Below are positions 51,922 through 64,000 of a stretch of 64,000 nt of DNA, piece after piece. The DNA is taken from positions 14,386,261 through 14,450,260 of the forward strand of contig OZ199838.1 in assembly GCA_964304625.1 (NCBI GenBank). Direction: 5' to 3'. Under the pieces are notes generated by a model. The model searched no databases, was not told the origin of the DNA, and worked only from the letters and a program-made list of their open reading frames with translations. The stretch is from Kudoa neothunni. Taxonomy: Eukaryota > Animalia > Cnidaria. Position numbers and translations under genes: made by a program. Position 1 is the stretch's first letter. Every line of letters begins with the position of its first letter.

Positions 51922-54900
51922 TTACTTTACTAGGGATTCTGATGGAGATGTGGAACTTTTGGAGTGGTCGATTAAATTTTGAATTAGTTGCTGAATAAAC
52001 ATGGCAATGTTAAGAGTGGAATGGTTGAACTTTGAGGCATTGAACCAAACGGTTGGTAGTTCATGAATAATCTAATTATAGATTACGATTTCTTGATGAC
52101 GAGCCATTCATTAGTTACCTCAAGCAGATAGGTTACAAAAATTGAAGGTGATTCTACTAGTTGGTTGAAAAGCGGAATAATTTTCAACATAAAGAGATGC
52201 TTCAAGCAGATTTCTTGTAATTTGATTGAATCAATAATCCCAACGAAACAACTTAGACATTGAACCACATTTTTGGCCACAACCAAATTAGCAACAATAA
52301 ATTCCTCATTCATAATCCTTAACACACAAAATCAAGATTTGATACCATGCAAAAAAATATTAAATAAGAGTTCATCCATACGATTTTGATTGTGAATTGC
52401 TATTTTGGCCGATCACTAGATTTAAATCGGAGAACAGAAAATCAATCGAGTTTGTCATTATTTTGATTATTTCACTAAAAAGTTCCTACATAAATAAGCA
52501 TTGGTTCACTGATACATCAGCTTTCCAACCAAATAATTACCGGTAGCATCTGAAATGATTTCCCATCATTGTGAAAATCAATTGAAGCGAATTCGTCAGT
52601 AATGGGGTTGTCATAACAAATATACTGGATTAGACTGGCAATATTTTTTGATTCAATCACGTTGAAAGGAGTCCACAGTTTGATGTAATTTTTCACTTTA
52701 GGTATCAAAACCAAGTGATATATTAAAGGAATAAGGTAGATATCGTTGTTGGGGGATTTTGGAGGCAATTCACCAGTGTCCAATATGCAATTAAGATTAC
52801 CACTGTATTGTAATAGTTTTCGCATCGTTTCATTGTCTTGTGAGCGAAACACATTATCGTCAAGAACATTCTAGCCAAGCAATATTTAAAAAAAATAAAT
52901 CAACACATCAATAATATTACCGTGAAAATATTAAAGCTAAAAAAATTTATATTCACATAAAACGCCATCAATTTTGCCAAGTATAAAGGAGCATAAGCAG
53001 CAAGGTAACTAGCACTAGGATGATTTCTCCATTGATCAAATCTGTCCAGTACAATCTCAACATTCAAAAATTCGTCTTCGACTTCAATGAATAATTGATT
53101 TAATTCGTTGGTTAAATCCTCTACAATTTTGATTATTATATTTAATGATATCGACAGAATTTAAATAACCAAAAGATTTGTTTTGTGGGTCTTCAAAAAA
53201 AAGTGATGTTGGTGTTTCGGTAAGTTTGGAGATAGTCTGTAGGGTACATTTTGATGCATTTTTCAATGAAATACAATTTTTAAGTTCATTCAAACGTTTT
53301 TCGATTATTTCATTGGTAAGGTTGAAGTGACGATTTTGAAAATCTTCAAAATTTTCAGTCTAATCAATGCAAAGTGTTGATTAGACTTTTTATTAGAGCA
53401 TCTATGACGTTACCACAGTGTCTATGAAATCAATAAGATTTTCAACGTACATGCACAGTTGTTGAAAAAATAGATAGGATTGATTTTCAGTATCGATTTC
53501 ACTTTCTGATATTTCCACAGCTTCCTTAGCCTCATTAATGGAACCTTTGTATTGAGTTAGCTTCTCAGCGATGGTCGAATTTAGCGTTTTGTTTGTGGCA
53601 GATTTCAGCGTGAGATTTTTTATAATGTGTGTTAATGATAACTCATATGGCTTAAACGGTTTGTTTAAATGCTCAGGAATATCTATGGCGTTAAATTTGA
53701 CGTTTTTCGAATAATGTTGAGGGCCATAATTTTTATTGTTGGTAGAATTTTCAAATTTTATTTCAGTCTGATCCTAATTTTTAGATATTGCGAATCAATA
53801 ATGAAATTATTTCAAAACTGTGGCCCCACACTGTTCATAATTCATTACTACTATCAAGTTTATTTACTAATTATATATATACAAATTTTTGTTAATATCC
53901 TTATATGTAAATTAAAAATGTGATCCAACATTGTTCACAATTCATTATTAGCAACATGCTTATTTTGTAATTAGATTTGATAATTATAACAATTTATTCA
54001 TATCGTTATATATAGCTTTAAAGAGGAGTTTATTTAAAATTAAATGCAAATGCGAGCGAATTATTTAAAATTTTGTTTATGTGGATTAATATCGCCTGTT
54101 AAAATATTTATTTAAATCTATCAGTATGTAAATAAAATATTTTTTCGACGAATCCAGCTTATTGTAAATATTTTTTCAGAATAAATAGAATAACAGAAAA
54201 ATTTAGAATTTACAAAGAAATCCATAGACATTTAAACTGATTGGTAAAATGATTTTAAAAAATTACAGCAGGTATTAAAAATGGCAAATTATAGACTTTT
54301 ATTAAAGAGAAGCAAACAAAAAATTTTTAATGTACGAACTAAAGTTAATTCTCCCCCATTTTACTTTTAATAACATTTTAACAACTTTTCTCCGAGTCTC
54401 TCTACAAGTATTTACTCAAAAAACTAAGCCAAGTAATGTAAATAATATTAATATGTATTAAATGAAGTCGATTGAACGGGTTTAAAATGTTTACGATTTG
54501 TTAAACTAATAAATTAGCGCTCAAATAATTCATTCACATCAACTAATTTCATTCACTTAATTCGAAACAGTTGGGGACACAATTCATAGCAAAGTTAACT
54601 CATTAAATAATATTACGTTGACAAACGAAGACATTTTTCCAAGCACATGAGAACCTTTTAAAATCTGTTCATTTTCCCATTTTTTAAAGTCAGCATCATC
54701 ACTAGATGAGCCTATAGTATCATCATCAATTTCAAGATCTAAATTATCTTATTAAAACAGTTTTTAATAAGAAGTTAGTAATACTTTTAACGCTTGAAGT
54801 ATTGATCCCAATCATTTGTCCAATATGATCACCATCATCTGATGAATCTCCTTCCCTTATGAGGCGAGATCTATCAACAATATGTCACTTGAATTAATTT

Positions 54901-55428
54901 TATATTCAGATACTTTCCATATTCACCAGAGAACTCATCTAAAGGAATAAAGTCAGCATTCATGTTAAGTTGTTTTCTGGCGTTTTCTCGCTTTTTCCTC
55001 GCTGAGAATATAACGGATGAATCCGGTATAATAGGGAATGAATTTTTCTGTTGATTTTCAGCAGTATTTGGTGTTATTTTAAATTCGTGCTGTTCATATT
55101 TTTCATCTGTAACATCGATATTATCGTCCTGATGTAAATGCGAAGGATTTTCTCTGATTTTACTTTTCTCTTTGTATTGCTGTACTAACTGCCTACTTTT
55201 TTTAGATTTTTTTATTCGAAATGATTTCTCTGAGTCCACCTGTTCATGAAAACTCAACTTAAATGAGCGGGGTTGTTTTGTAGAGCGCGTTTCCTTATCG
55301 ATATTAATGTCAGCTGGCTTTAAATTAGTTCCCTCATCATCAGCTGTTTGTGGAGTATTTTTTCTCAAATTTTTGGAACGATTTGTCGGTTTTTTGAAGG
55401 TGAATACAGGCACCCTATCTCCTTCCAT
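51922..55428 (-). CDS. PAXBP1: PAXBP1/GCFC-domain splicing factor
   Basis: N-terminal FKKP..R...R, LSF, IPDSSVIFSARKKRENAR, DFIPLD and SRLIRE. GCFC domain VEDEFLNVEIVLDRFDQWR....SY..AY.PLYLAKL and DIYLIPLI...LIPKV....WTPF. One intron of about 0.85 kb. The 3' end may extend further. Confidence 0.8.
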
Positions 55429-56948
55429 ATTTTTGCGTGCGCATGGCGTGTATCTTACGTGCATTTAAGGGATTAATTAAACGTAATCACCCCCAAATAT
55501 AAAAAAATATTAATTAAAATTATTTCAGATATAATTTTTTATAATAAAACTAATTTTTTGTGACTTTATGGGAATGTAGATAGTAAAGACCTGAGAAAAG
55601 CCGATATTAAAATTAACATTATGGGCTTGCTTATATTGCTATTTTGCATTATTAGAAATTTTTAATGAAAATTTTAAAAATTATTCATCATTTATAAACA
55701 ATAATCTATAATTAAATTAAAATTGTGTTTAAAATTCAATTTATTTAGAAAATTGATTTTTTCTTTGATTAAACTTTAGAACAATTATTCCGTTGTCAAA
55801 TGAATCAGATTTCTCTATTATCGATTGACTACAATTTATATTTTAATGCATATAGTTAATTGATTATTTCAATATTCGTATTCTTGTATTATTTCATATA
55901 CTCCATTATTTTACATTTCATTAACTTGATTTTAAAATAAAAATCAGTTTATTTGAACAGCCGAATATTTCAGAACCGACTGTTTGAATTTCTATAATTA
56001 ATTAATAATTAGTTAATAAATGATTAATGAATAAGAATAATTGAATCAAAAATATTTGTATCGGTCAAATTAATGCAATTTTTAATTCGTGGCATAGAGA
56101 GTTTATTTGTGGTATTTTTGTGGTGTGATTAAAATGGGCGTAAATAACTTCGTCAAGTAGTTATGAAACATTCGTTGTATTTTTAAAAAAATCAATTTAT
56201 AGCGTAGAAAAGAATCACATTTCATTCTAAAGATAGCATTCATAATGAAAAATTAAATATCAGTTAATATATATAAATATTTCTTTATATTAATTATATT
56301 TACACAGATAATTGTTATAATTATTTTTACTCTTTGACTATATTTATAAGCTAATCAAATGATTGAACTTTTCTAAGTCATCATCAGTCAATAAAGAAAA
56401 TATTAAAAATTGATTAAGCTTATCTCCTAAAACTGATGCATATAAGAGTATATTTACTCCATAATTTAGGTGTTTATGCATTACCAGCCGATTCGTTTAA
56501 ATTGTCCTGCTTTTTGATAAGAAAAAAGATTAAACTTTCTTTATTTGAATATTGCGCTGATTTTTTTATTAAGTTTCTTCTCTTCAATATTTTATTTGCA
56601 AGCAATAAATATAATTTTTGATGACATCTAGTAGCATAAATTTCAATTAATTAATTAAATTAATATCTCAGTTATAAGTTGTATATGGCCCAATGAAAAT
56701 GTTCGTTTTACTGTTTGGATCATCACTAAATGCTCTAGAACAAACATAAGTTTTATTTTAGGCATTGGCTATTCTTACGACAATAAATATCTTTTTTCCT
56801 ACTTTAAATATTTCAAATCTGAATTTAAAAATGTGTGATTGTAATTTTTTCTATAAAATTTTTAGTTTTTATAAATTAATGTTCTAGCCTTCTTAGTTCA
56901 TTGGTTTTTGACATTATTCCTCCACTCCAAATATTTATTACATGCCTA

Positions 56949-57407
56949 GACAATATGGCATAGTGGTGTTAGGTTGAGATCACATACCTTGGGATCGCGA
57001 ATTCGAAGCCTAGTCCGGGCGTTCCTTTACTCCCAATTCGAAATTAAGTAGAAAGGTTGTAGTAATCGCAAGGATCTAAGATTTATCGTACGTGGCCTTG
57101 CGGAAGGGTAAATCTCGGTCGCTCATAAACGCTGGGGTACAGGAACGAAATACAACCCAGTAGAGGGATTAGGTAGAGCCGACGCTCGCGTTTAGGCGAC
57201 TTTCCCAGACTAATTCTGGGTTGGTCCAGGGTATGGTTGGGGTGGTGCTTGCTCCGATGCGAGTATGTTTAGTGGGTTAAAATTCCACATTACCACATAA
57301 ACTTAAGCCGCCTAATGCGTAAATGGAGACGGCCTAACCAGCCCGAACTTCACAACCTAACATGTTGAGCCAGGGGTTTGACCTTGTTTGTAAACAATAA
57401 AACAAAC
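56949..57407 (+). mobile_element. tRNA-derived SINE with R1-clade-like 3' tail (copy 2, different body)
   Basis: A-box TGGCATAGTGG and degenerate B-box AATTCGAAGCC. Tail gtttagtgggttaaaattccacattacc...caacctaacatgttg...ccttgt is homologous to the tail of the 24232-24692 element. Confidence 0.65.
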
Positions 57408-58489
57408 TACTTATTACGTCTATTAACCAGTTATTTTTACATTTATAACAATTTATGAATATTTAAGCCACAATTTTACGCAAATTTTAATACTGTAGCT
57501 TTATTTACACACGAACTCATTGGTCCATATGTCAATGCTGTGGTCTGATACGAATTGATTGTATGAACTCTCTCATTTTCATAAGATATTTACATCATAA
57601 TTTAGCAAGTATTGATGATTATTTTTAAGAATAAATAAAACAGACCAAGTCGAAAAAATTATATGCCACTACATGATAATGAATTCTACGTAACATTAAA
57701 ATATGAACCATAAAACATAACCAGGAACCTATATTTGGTAATTTTTATAATCCATTAAGTTTTTATCAAAAATATGTTAAAATATTATTTTAATTTTTTA
57801 ATCAGGAGTCCAACAGTAATTAATCTGCTTCCCTTTGGTCTTCCGACAGACTTGATGTTGGATTGAATGGACAAATCTTTACAAAAATTGTAATAAATGA
57901 TCCATAATTAATTGCTTTTATATTTATTATATATTGTTGTTCGATTGATACATTAAATTACAACTACTTAGGTAAATACATTGTTATCATCTAATATTAT
58001 GTTGGTTTACGCCTTTTCTTCAATATATTCATCAACTTAACTTAAATCATATTAACAAAATTCACGCTCAGCTTCAGGAGATACGATTTTAATGGAAACG
58101 TTTGTGTTGAAATTCGTGCTATGACTTTACCACATTGGTCCAACTTGGTCAGTTTATCTTTGTGTTATATCTGCATTTAAAGTTACAGGAGGGGAATAGA
58201 CTTGACAAATTCATATTTATAAATTCCTTAAAATTATATCACGTTATTTTCAAAATAATAGATCGCATTTATAGTTGATTTCATCTTTGGTCCAAATTGG
58301 TATCCATCAATGGCAATATACGCGCCATTTTTTCGCACACCATAGGGTTAGGATTAATACTAAGAAAAATGGAAACATTTTTTAAAATTATGCAGAAATT
58401 TATATTTTTACTTTAAAAAATTAACTTTTTAAATGTCGTTGTAGATCTACATACACTAAGCAAGACTATCATGCATTCGGATCTTACAA

Positions 58490-58900
58490 ACTCAAAAGTA
58501 TAATCCAGATAGGAAATTAATCAATATTATATTCGGTTAACCAAAACTGGGAAGATCACGATTATAAATGAGACAAGATTGTTATTAAAACCATTCTTAT
58601 TTTATTTGGGTATAAACTAAGTTAATGTTATTATATATTTATATATAATTAATCATTGCTTGTAATATTGTTTTTTGATATTAATGGTCACTTAAAATAT
58701 ACCAGACCAAAAATCGAGGTATTAATTTGAAAGTTCTCCACATTGTTAAATTATACTACCACTATCCATGCCACCACATAAATGCTCCGGATTTCCATGC
58801 GTCCCATCAGAGCAGTTCATTAAACGTCCAAAAATTTCTATGCCCCATCAAAATTTTTCCATTTCCACGCCCTCACGTTGAAAAACACAGCTGTATTATA
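58490..58900 (-). repeat. Unclassified dispersed repeat, copy 3
   Basis: Reverse complement contains acgtttaatgaac...gagcattt.tgtggt and caatcttgtctcatttataatcgt, as in the 29 kb and 39 kb copies. Confidence 0.6.
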
Positions 58901-59491
58901 AAATCATAATACGATTATGTTTAGCTTTTGATTTAATTTTTTTCCCCAATTAAGATATTCTGTAAGATCAAAAATCAACCTGCTTAATAAGAAATTGTTC
59001 GTACGCTTATTTCTGCAAGGTAGAAACAGATAGTTGAATAAATAATTGAGAAGATAATTAAGTCAATTAAAAATAAGGTCGATAATATTCATATTTAGAA
59101 AAGTAGCGTTAACATAAAAGCAAAAATGAACAAAACCGACCCCGTAAATTATTTTAGTTTCATGTAATAAAAAGTATTGATTTAATATAATTTTTCAACC
59201 GGTAATGTAAATCACCAATAATACTTGCCATAATATTATATTGGACTCGTTTCCATTTAAATCATTTTTACAGATGATATCCCGCAACTAAATAAAGCTT
59301 GCTTTATGTATTAAAAAATTTGGCAGTGAAAACTACGATTTTTGTAGACTGCCACAATTTATTCTTAGCGATTACCTATTGTTAATTATACAGGAATAAA
59401 AACAAGAATTTCATATTTTATACGATCACTAAATGATTAATTATATGACTATAATCATTTCAAATATTTTACGAAATTAGATGAATAATTA

Positions 59492-60482
59492 TCCTTTATA
59501 TATACAAAGGAGGACTGTTTGTATGTGTGTGCCCTTAAATACCTAAATACGCACGGGCGGAAAAAATTTTTCCTTATAGATAGATATTTATGTAAGTTTT
59601 AATAGTTTAAGATAATTTGAAAATTCCTCTCATCTGTTATTACATTGATTAAAGTTCAGAATTAATGTAGGAAATTGTGTTGTGCTTGATATTAGGTTGG
59701 TTAAGCGGATTATGTTTTCAATAATAGGATACTTTTGTTTTTTCATGTTGACATTATCTATACTAAGCCTCTACAAGCTGTTTCGAACGCATTTAATGGT
59801 TCAAACTTAAGCTATAAATCCACGATTTCAAGATACATCTTATATCGTTTATCTCTCTGTACATTTAAAGTAGATGTGTCCATTTGGATGTGCTTAAATA
59901 CATTCCTTATTTTTGGAAATTTTAATATATTTGACTTGATAAATACACTTTAAAGATCTATAGGTGGCATTTAATATAGCAAAAATATGAAAATTTTCTA
60001 AATTAATGAAGAATTGGAATCGTATGTTTTAATCAGATGGATTCAATCCTTTACATATTGAATCTAGGTCCCAAATTTCGTTATAACGCCCGTTAAACTT
60101 AATTTCGTGCAATGAGATTTAATTTATGGATTGAAATCTTACTTTATCTAATTATTTAAATATTTTCGTTTATATTAAGAGGATACACAACAGTTTTGAG
60201 GAGTGAGGGTGTATAAAAATGTGTCGGATAGAGATATTAATTTGAGCAATAAAATTAATTAACGTAAGTTATTCAGGTTTTGTTACCTTTCATTATCTCG
60301 CTAAAATGATCTCAATTTTTTATTGTGCAGATCAGAGTCGTTATAAGTATGATATATAAAAAAAAGGTTTATTTAACCTTCCTCGGGGCTAATCAAGAGT
60401 CTTATATTTCTTTATTTTTTGACCATATTCCTCTATAATGAAATGCTCTCTATCCCGCGCGAAGCTGGGCAGTTCGAACTAG
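59492..60482 (+). mobile_element. Non-autonomous Helitron (~990 bp)
   Basis: Starts A|TCCTTTATATATACAAAG followed by a GT-rich tract. Ends with hairpin cccgcgcgaagctggg + CTAG|T, i.e. inserted in an AT dinucleotide with no TSD. The 3' end resembles that at 27245-27273. Confidence 0.75.
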
Positions 60483-61990
60483 TATCGAATAATGTGTTAT
60501 TAATGTGAGCTAAAAAATAATTTTCCGAAGTTATCTTCTAGCTACACACTTTTTGTTATTTTCTGATTTTCACAAAATGATCTTAATTTTAATTTCATGG
60601 ATCACAATTGTTAGTAGTATAATACTTTAAAAATATTTTAGTTTCGTCCTTTCTATGGATTAACTGAGAGTATAATCGTATTTTTTAAATGATTTAAAGG
60701 GATTCTTCGACTCAAATATTTGTATAACCGGGTAACCCCATAGTTTCACACAAGTATAGCTATAAAAATAATAACTTTACATTAAATGCAATCATTTGCC
60801 GATAATTCACATATGGATACAAGAATTTCAGATTTTATGCAATCATTCGCTGATTAATTATATGTCAATAAAAATAAGTTTACATTTATACAAGAATTAG
60901 CTGATTAATTATAGCGAATGCATAATTTTAATATCAAACATAATTTATGGCATGGCACTACGTCATTCTCATAATTAAATATTCAATAAATACAAAACTA
61001 TTCTAATTTATAAATTTAGGATTAATGTTCGGACTAACTATAATCTTTAATCGGTGAATGCGAACATATTCTGCAGTTTTACCTTTCAATAATTCCTTTT
61101 GCTCCAAAATGAATAATAAGAGAGTTTGGTTAATATTCTCTATATTAGTACCTCATCAAACTAGTCGAATAAAAAATACTACCTTTTGTTTTGCCCAGGT
61201 ACAATTCTAAACGTGTATCTAGTTGCAGAAATTTCTCAACAAAATTAATATGCTCCTTTTTCAAATATTTTGGAAACTCATAATTCACAAATATAATGCT
61301 AATAATCGTCTTTCAAACTTAAAGTAAAGATAATAGGATTAAACATATTATGTGATTCTCCCGAACAAACATTGTACACATCTTGAGCGGTTACTTTTTT
61401 GTTATAGATGTGAAAAAGTAATATATCTCAAATTAAAATAATATTCGTAAGAATGTGCCTAACATAGCATTTTAATGAATTATACCCAAGACACTAATTA
61501 GATAGGATAAAGTCATAAGTGTAGTCTAATTCTGTAGATTTTAGCAAAAAAAATTCCTAAAATGTGTAACAATTACGCCCGTATAATAGCAACAAATGGA
61601 CCCTACAACGAATTTCTCAGCTGACGACAAACAATACGAGAATATTACGAGCGAAAGGATTACGCAGAACCATCAAAAATTAATAATAAAATAAGTTAAA
61701 AGAAAACTTAAACTCCCCATTAGCTTTAGTAACCAGCTAAAAAAAAATTATCGTCCACCATTGCTATAAGTTACAATAATATTCGCACATTACTTTTTGT
61801 AATAACCGACAATTGAGCTCCCAGCTTAGTAAACGATTTTGTCTGGGTGTTACTGATTACACCCCGAGAATATTTGCTCAGCTTAGCACACCAAATTTAG
61901 CTCTTATTTTGTGCAATGGCTGACAAAGTATATTTTGCTTGCTTATCTGCCTAACATAAAACCCCAAACAATGTTCTAACCATAAATATA

Positions 61991-63336
61991 ATGTGTCTAA
62001 GTGGTTTGGTTAGATGTCATTGTGTGGCGTTTTTTGTGGTGATGTGATGTGTGTTGCTATTCACCACATCGCATAATTTTTAACTATAATTGCAATCTGA
62101 TTGTATTTAGGTGAACAGAATCAGTAGTTAATTCTACAAACTCCACCTGGAGAAATCAACGAAGTTGCAAACGGTAATTATTCTCTTTTTTTGGTCTTTT
62201 GGTTTTTTTGATAACCACCATTCAATATTTGTAGATTTGAAGACGTTGATTGGTGAAACGGTCATATCGAATGATTGTTTGAATGCATTTGTACAGCATG
62301 ATAATGAGGCTTTTATCGAGGTTAAAATCGATGATGGAAAACCTAATGTATGTGTGCGCCTCATCTACCCCTATAGAGCTTATCCATATGGATTGGTTTA
62401 ACTCTTTCCTACTCAATTTCTTATTGTCTATGTGTTTTGTAGGCATTAGTCACCAAATACGGTCAAGTAAGTGGTGAGCCCAGAAAATATCAAGATCACA
62501 CCAACAAAGTTGTGTTTCAGTACAATCACATCAAACAGAAAAAAGAAAGTCAATCTCCTTTTACCGTTCCTCCTGAAGTGGAGTGTGATCGAATCCTAAT
62601 TGAAAATCATTTGAAAGCCTACTTGAAAGAATTTTATGAAAAGTGCAACTTTGCTGTGAGTGTCTAAACAGTGGTGTTCACATAATGTTGACGATTTTTA
62701 AATAGGTCTATGGATTCGAAGATAAAGAACGTCCATTTGTTATTTGTACCGAAAGTCATATTTTCAAACCTAAAAATTTTTGGTATTTTTATTCGCACTA
62801 GCTGAATTTTAGCTGATTGTTTAGGAATGGCCAAATAAAATCTCATTTCAATGTCACTGTGTCAGGCTCCAATATGACCATCAATGGAGAGCTCAAAACT
62901 CATGTTATTTTTGCTTTTACGAGCTAAAATTATGCTTCCTTTATAGATTCATTACTATGAAGATGGTAATGTTCAAATGCTCTCTCTCAGATAGAAACGT
63001 ACAAACAACGATTCCTGTTGGGGTGATTTCTACAACAACTACGATGATTTAAATCCCCGAATCAATATAATTTACATTGTAGGACCCCGAGAATAATGCT
63101 AAGGAAATAGTAAAATTTATTAGAAAAGAAGAATCCTCCTACCAAGTTGATTGATCGATCATTTAGATCCATAACAATATATAATTGTTTAGGATGCTCA
63201 ACTCAACCAACTTACCGATATGATGGAGTCCACATTTAAAGCGTTAAGACGTCAACTTCCTATCACTCGTACCAAAGTTGACTGGGCTAACATTGCTGGC
63301 TACAGCATCGGTAAAAACATATCAGGAACCAAATAG
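61991..63336 (+). CDS. CAPZA: F-actin capping protein subunit alpha (two apparent frameshifts)
   Basis: [34 protein letters not shown] and [25 protein letters not shown]. Indels needed at ~62128 and in the (TC)n run at 62980-62988. Confidence 0.92.
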
Positions 63337-64000
63337 ATTCCGCTTTTTCTTTGTTGGTTGAGCAGATGATTATTCGCTGTTATCAAACCAACTCTCAGCT
63401 CCCTACACCTTTCTCTATGATATATTTGTTAATTCGATTCTTATTATTTTATTAATTTTTTGTTGCAATATTTTTGTGTATCAGCTAATTAATTCTCTTG
63501 TTCATGTAGTAGTCGTTTAAAGAATATTAGAATTTGTAAAATAATTATTTGAATAATTTTTCAATAATATTTTGTGTGTTTGTTTGTTGTTCCGCTATAT
63601 TGATGGATTGTCGGAGCGGAGCTTAAGATTTTTTAACATTTTTTGCATTAGAAATCAAATAAATTATGGTCACGTGGGCGTGTTAAATTTATTTTCTAAT
63701 TTATTACTATCTGTTATTTCCATCTCTAAAGTTCCACCTAATTATTATTACATATTCAAATTCACTGAAGAAAACTCTCCGTGTGAGCGAAGGGTATGTA
63801 TGTTCAGTGAGTTAACTTAACAGTCGAATATTTTGTGTCGAAAATTTTAAGTGTGGCCATGGTGGAAATTTATGATCCCAACCATTTCTTTTTTTATCCA
63901 ATATAAAAGTGAGGAGTTATTATTCGTAATAAAATTTTTACTCTAAATTGTAATGAAATCTGCAATAAAGTTGCTTGAAGCAGAGAAATTTTTCGATTAA

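Noticed and set aside
57040-57260. Possible self-cleaving ribozyme in the SINE body
   Set aside because: Hairpins are present but no complete hammerhead (CUGAnGA...GAAA) or HDV-like core could be assembled.
57790-58450. Possible MULE or Crypton remnants (GRPKG; GVRK.GA)
   Set aside because: Isolated short motifs without a consistent domain order.
61000-61470. Exon-like minus-strand segments
   Set aside because: Could not be assembled into a stop-free model or assigned to a family.

Overview
AT-rich eukaryotic (metazoan) DNA with compact, fast-evolving genes and short introns, mostly about 35-65 nt. This fits a reduced parasite genome such as a myxozoan cnidarian, but that is an inference, not an identification. 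Conserved spliced genes: DTD1, ARID2-like, a divergent eIF4E, MED8, Rab11, striatin, PAXBP1/GCFC and F-actin capping protein alpha, plus an unidentified gene end at the left edge. Lineage-specific candidate host-interaction genes: (i) two inverted paralogues, about 26 kb apart, of a 10-exon type I membrane protein built from Cys-rich FN3-like modules with a hypervariable mucin-like loop and almost no cytoplasmic tail; (ii) a secreted five-Kunitz-domain protein in which four domains lack the canonical inhibitory-loop disulfide. Intergenic DNA holds many decayed transposons (piggyBac x2, hAT/Buster, pogo/Tigger, Merlin, Helitron x2, MULE), two tRNA-headed SINEs sharing a structured R1-like tail, and an unclassified three-copy repeat. 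Several housekeeping genes carry small frameshifting indels, mostly in homopolymers. These are most likely assembly consensus errors, so fine residue-level claims need read or RNA confirmation. All gene models were spliced by eye.
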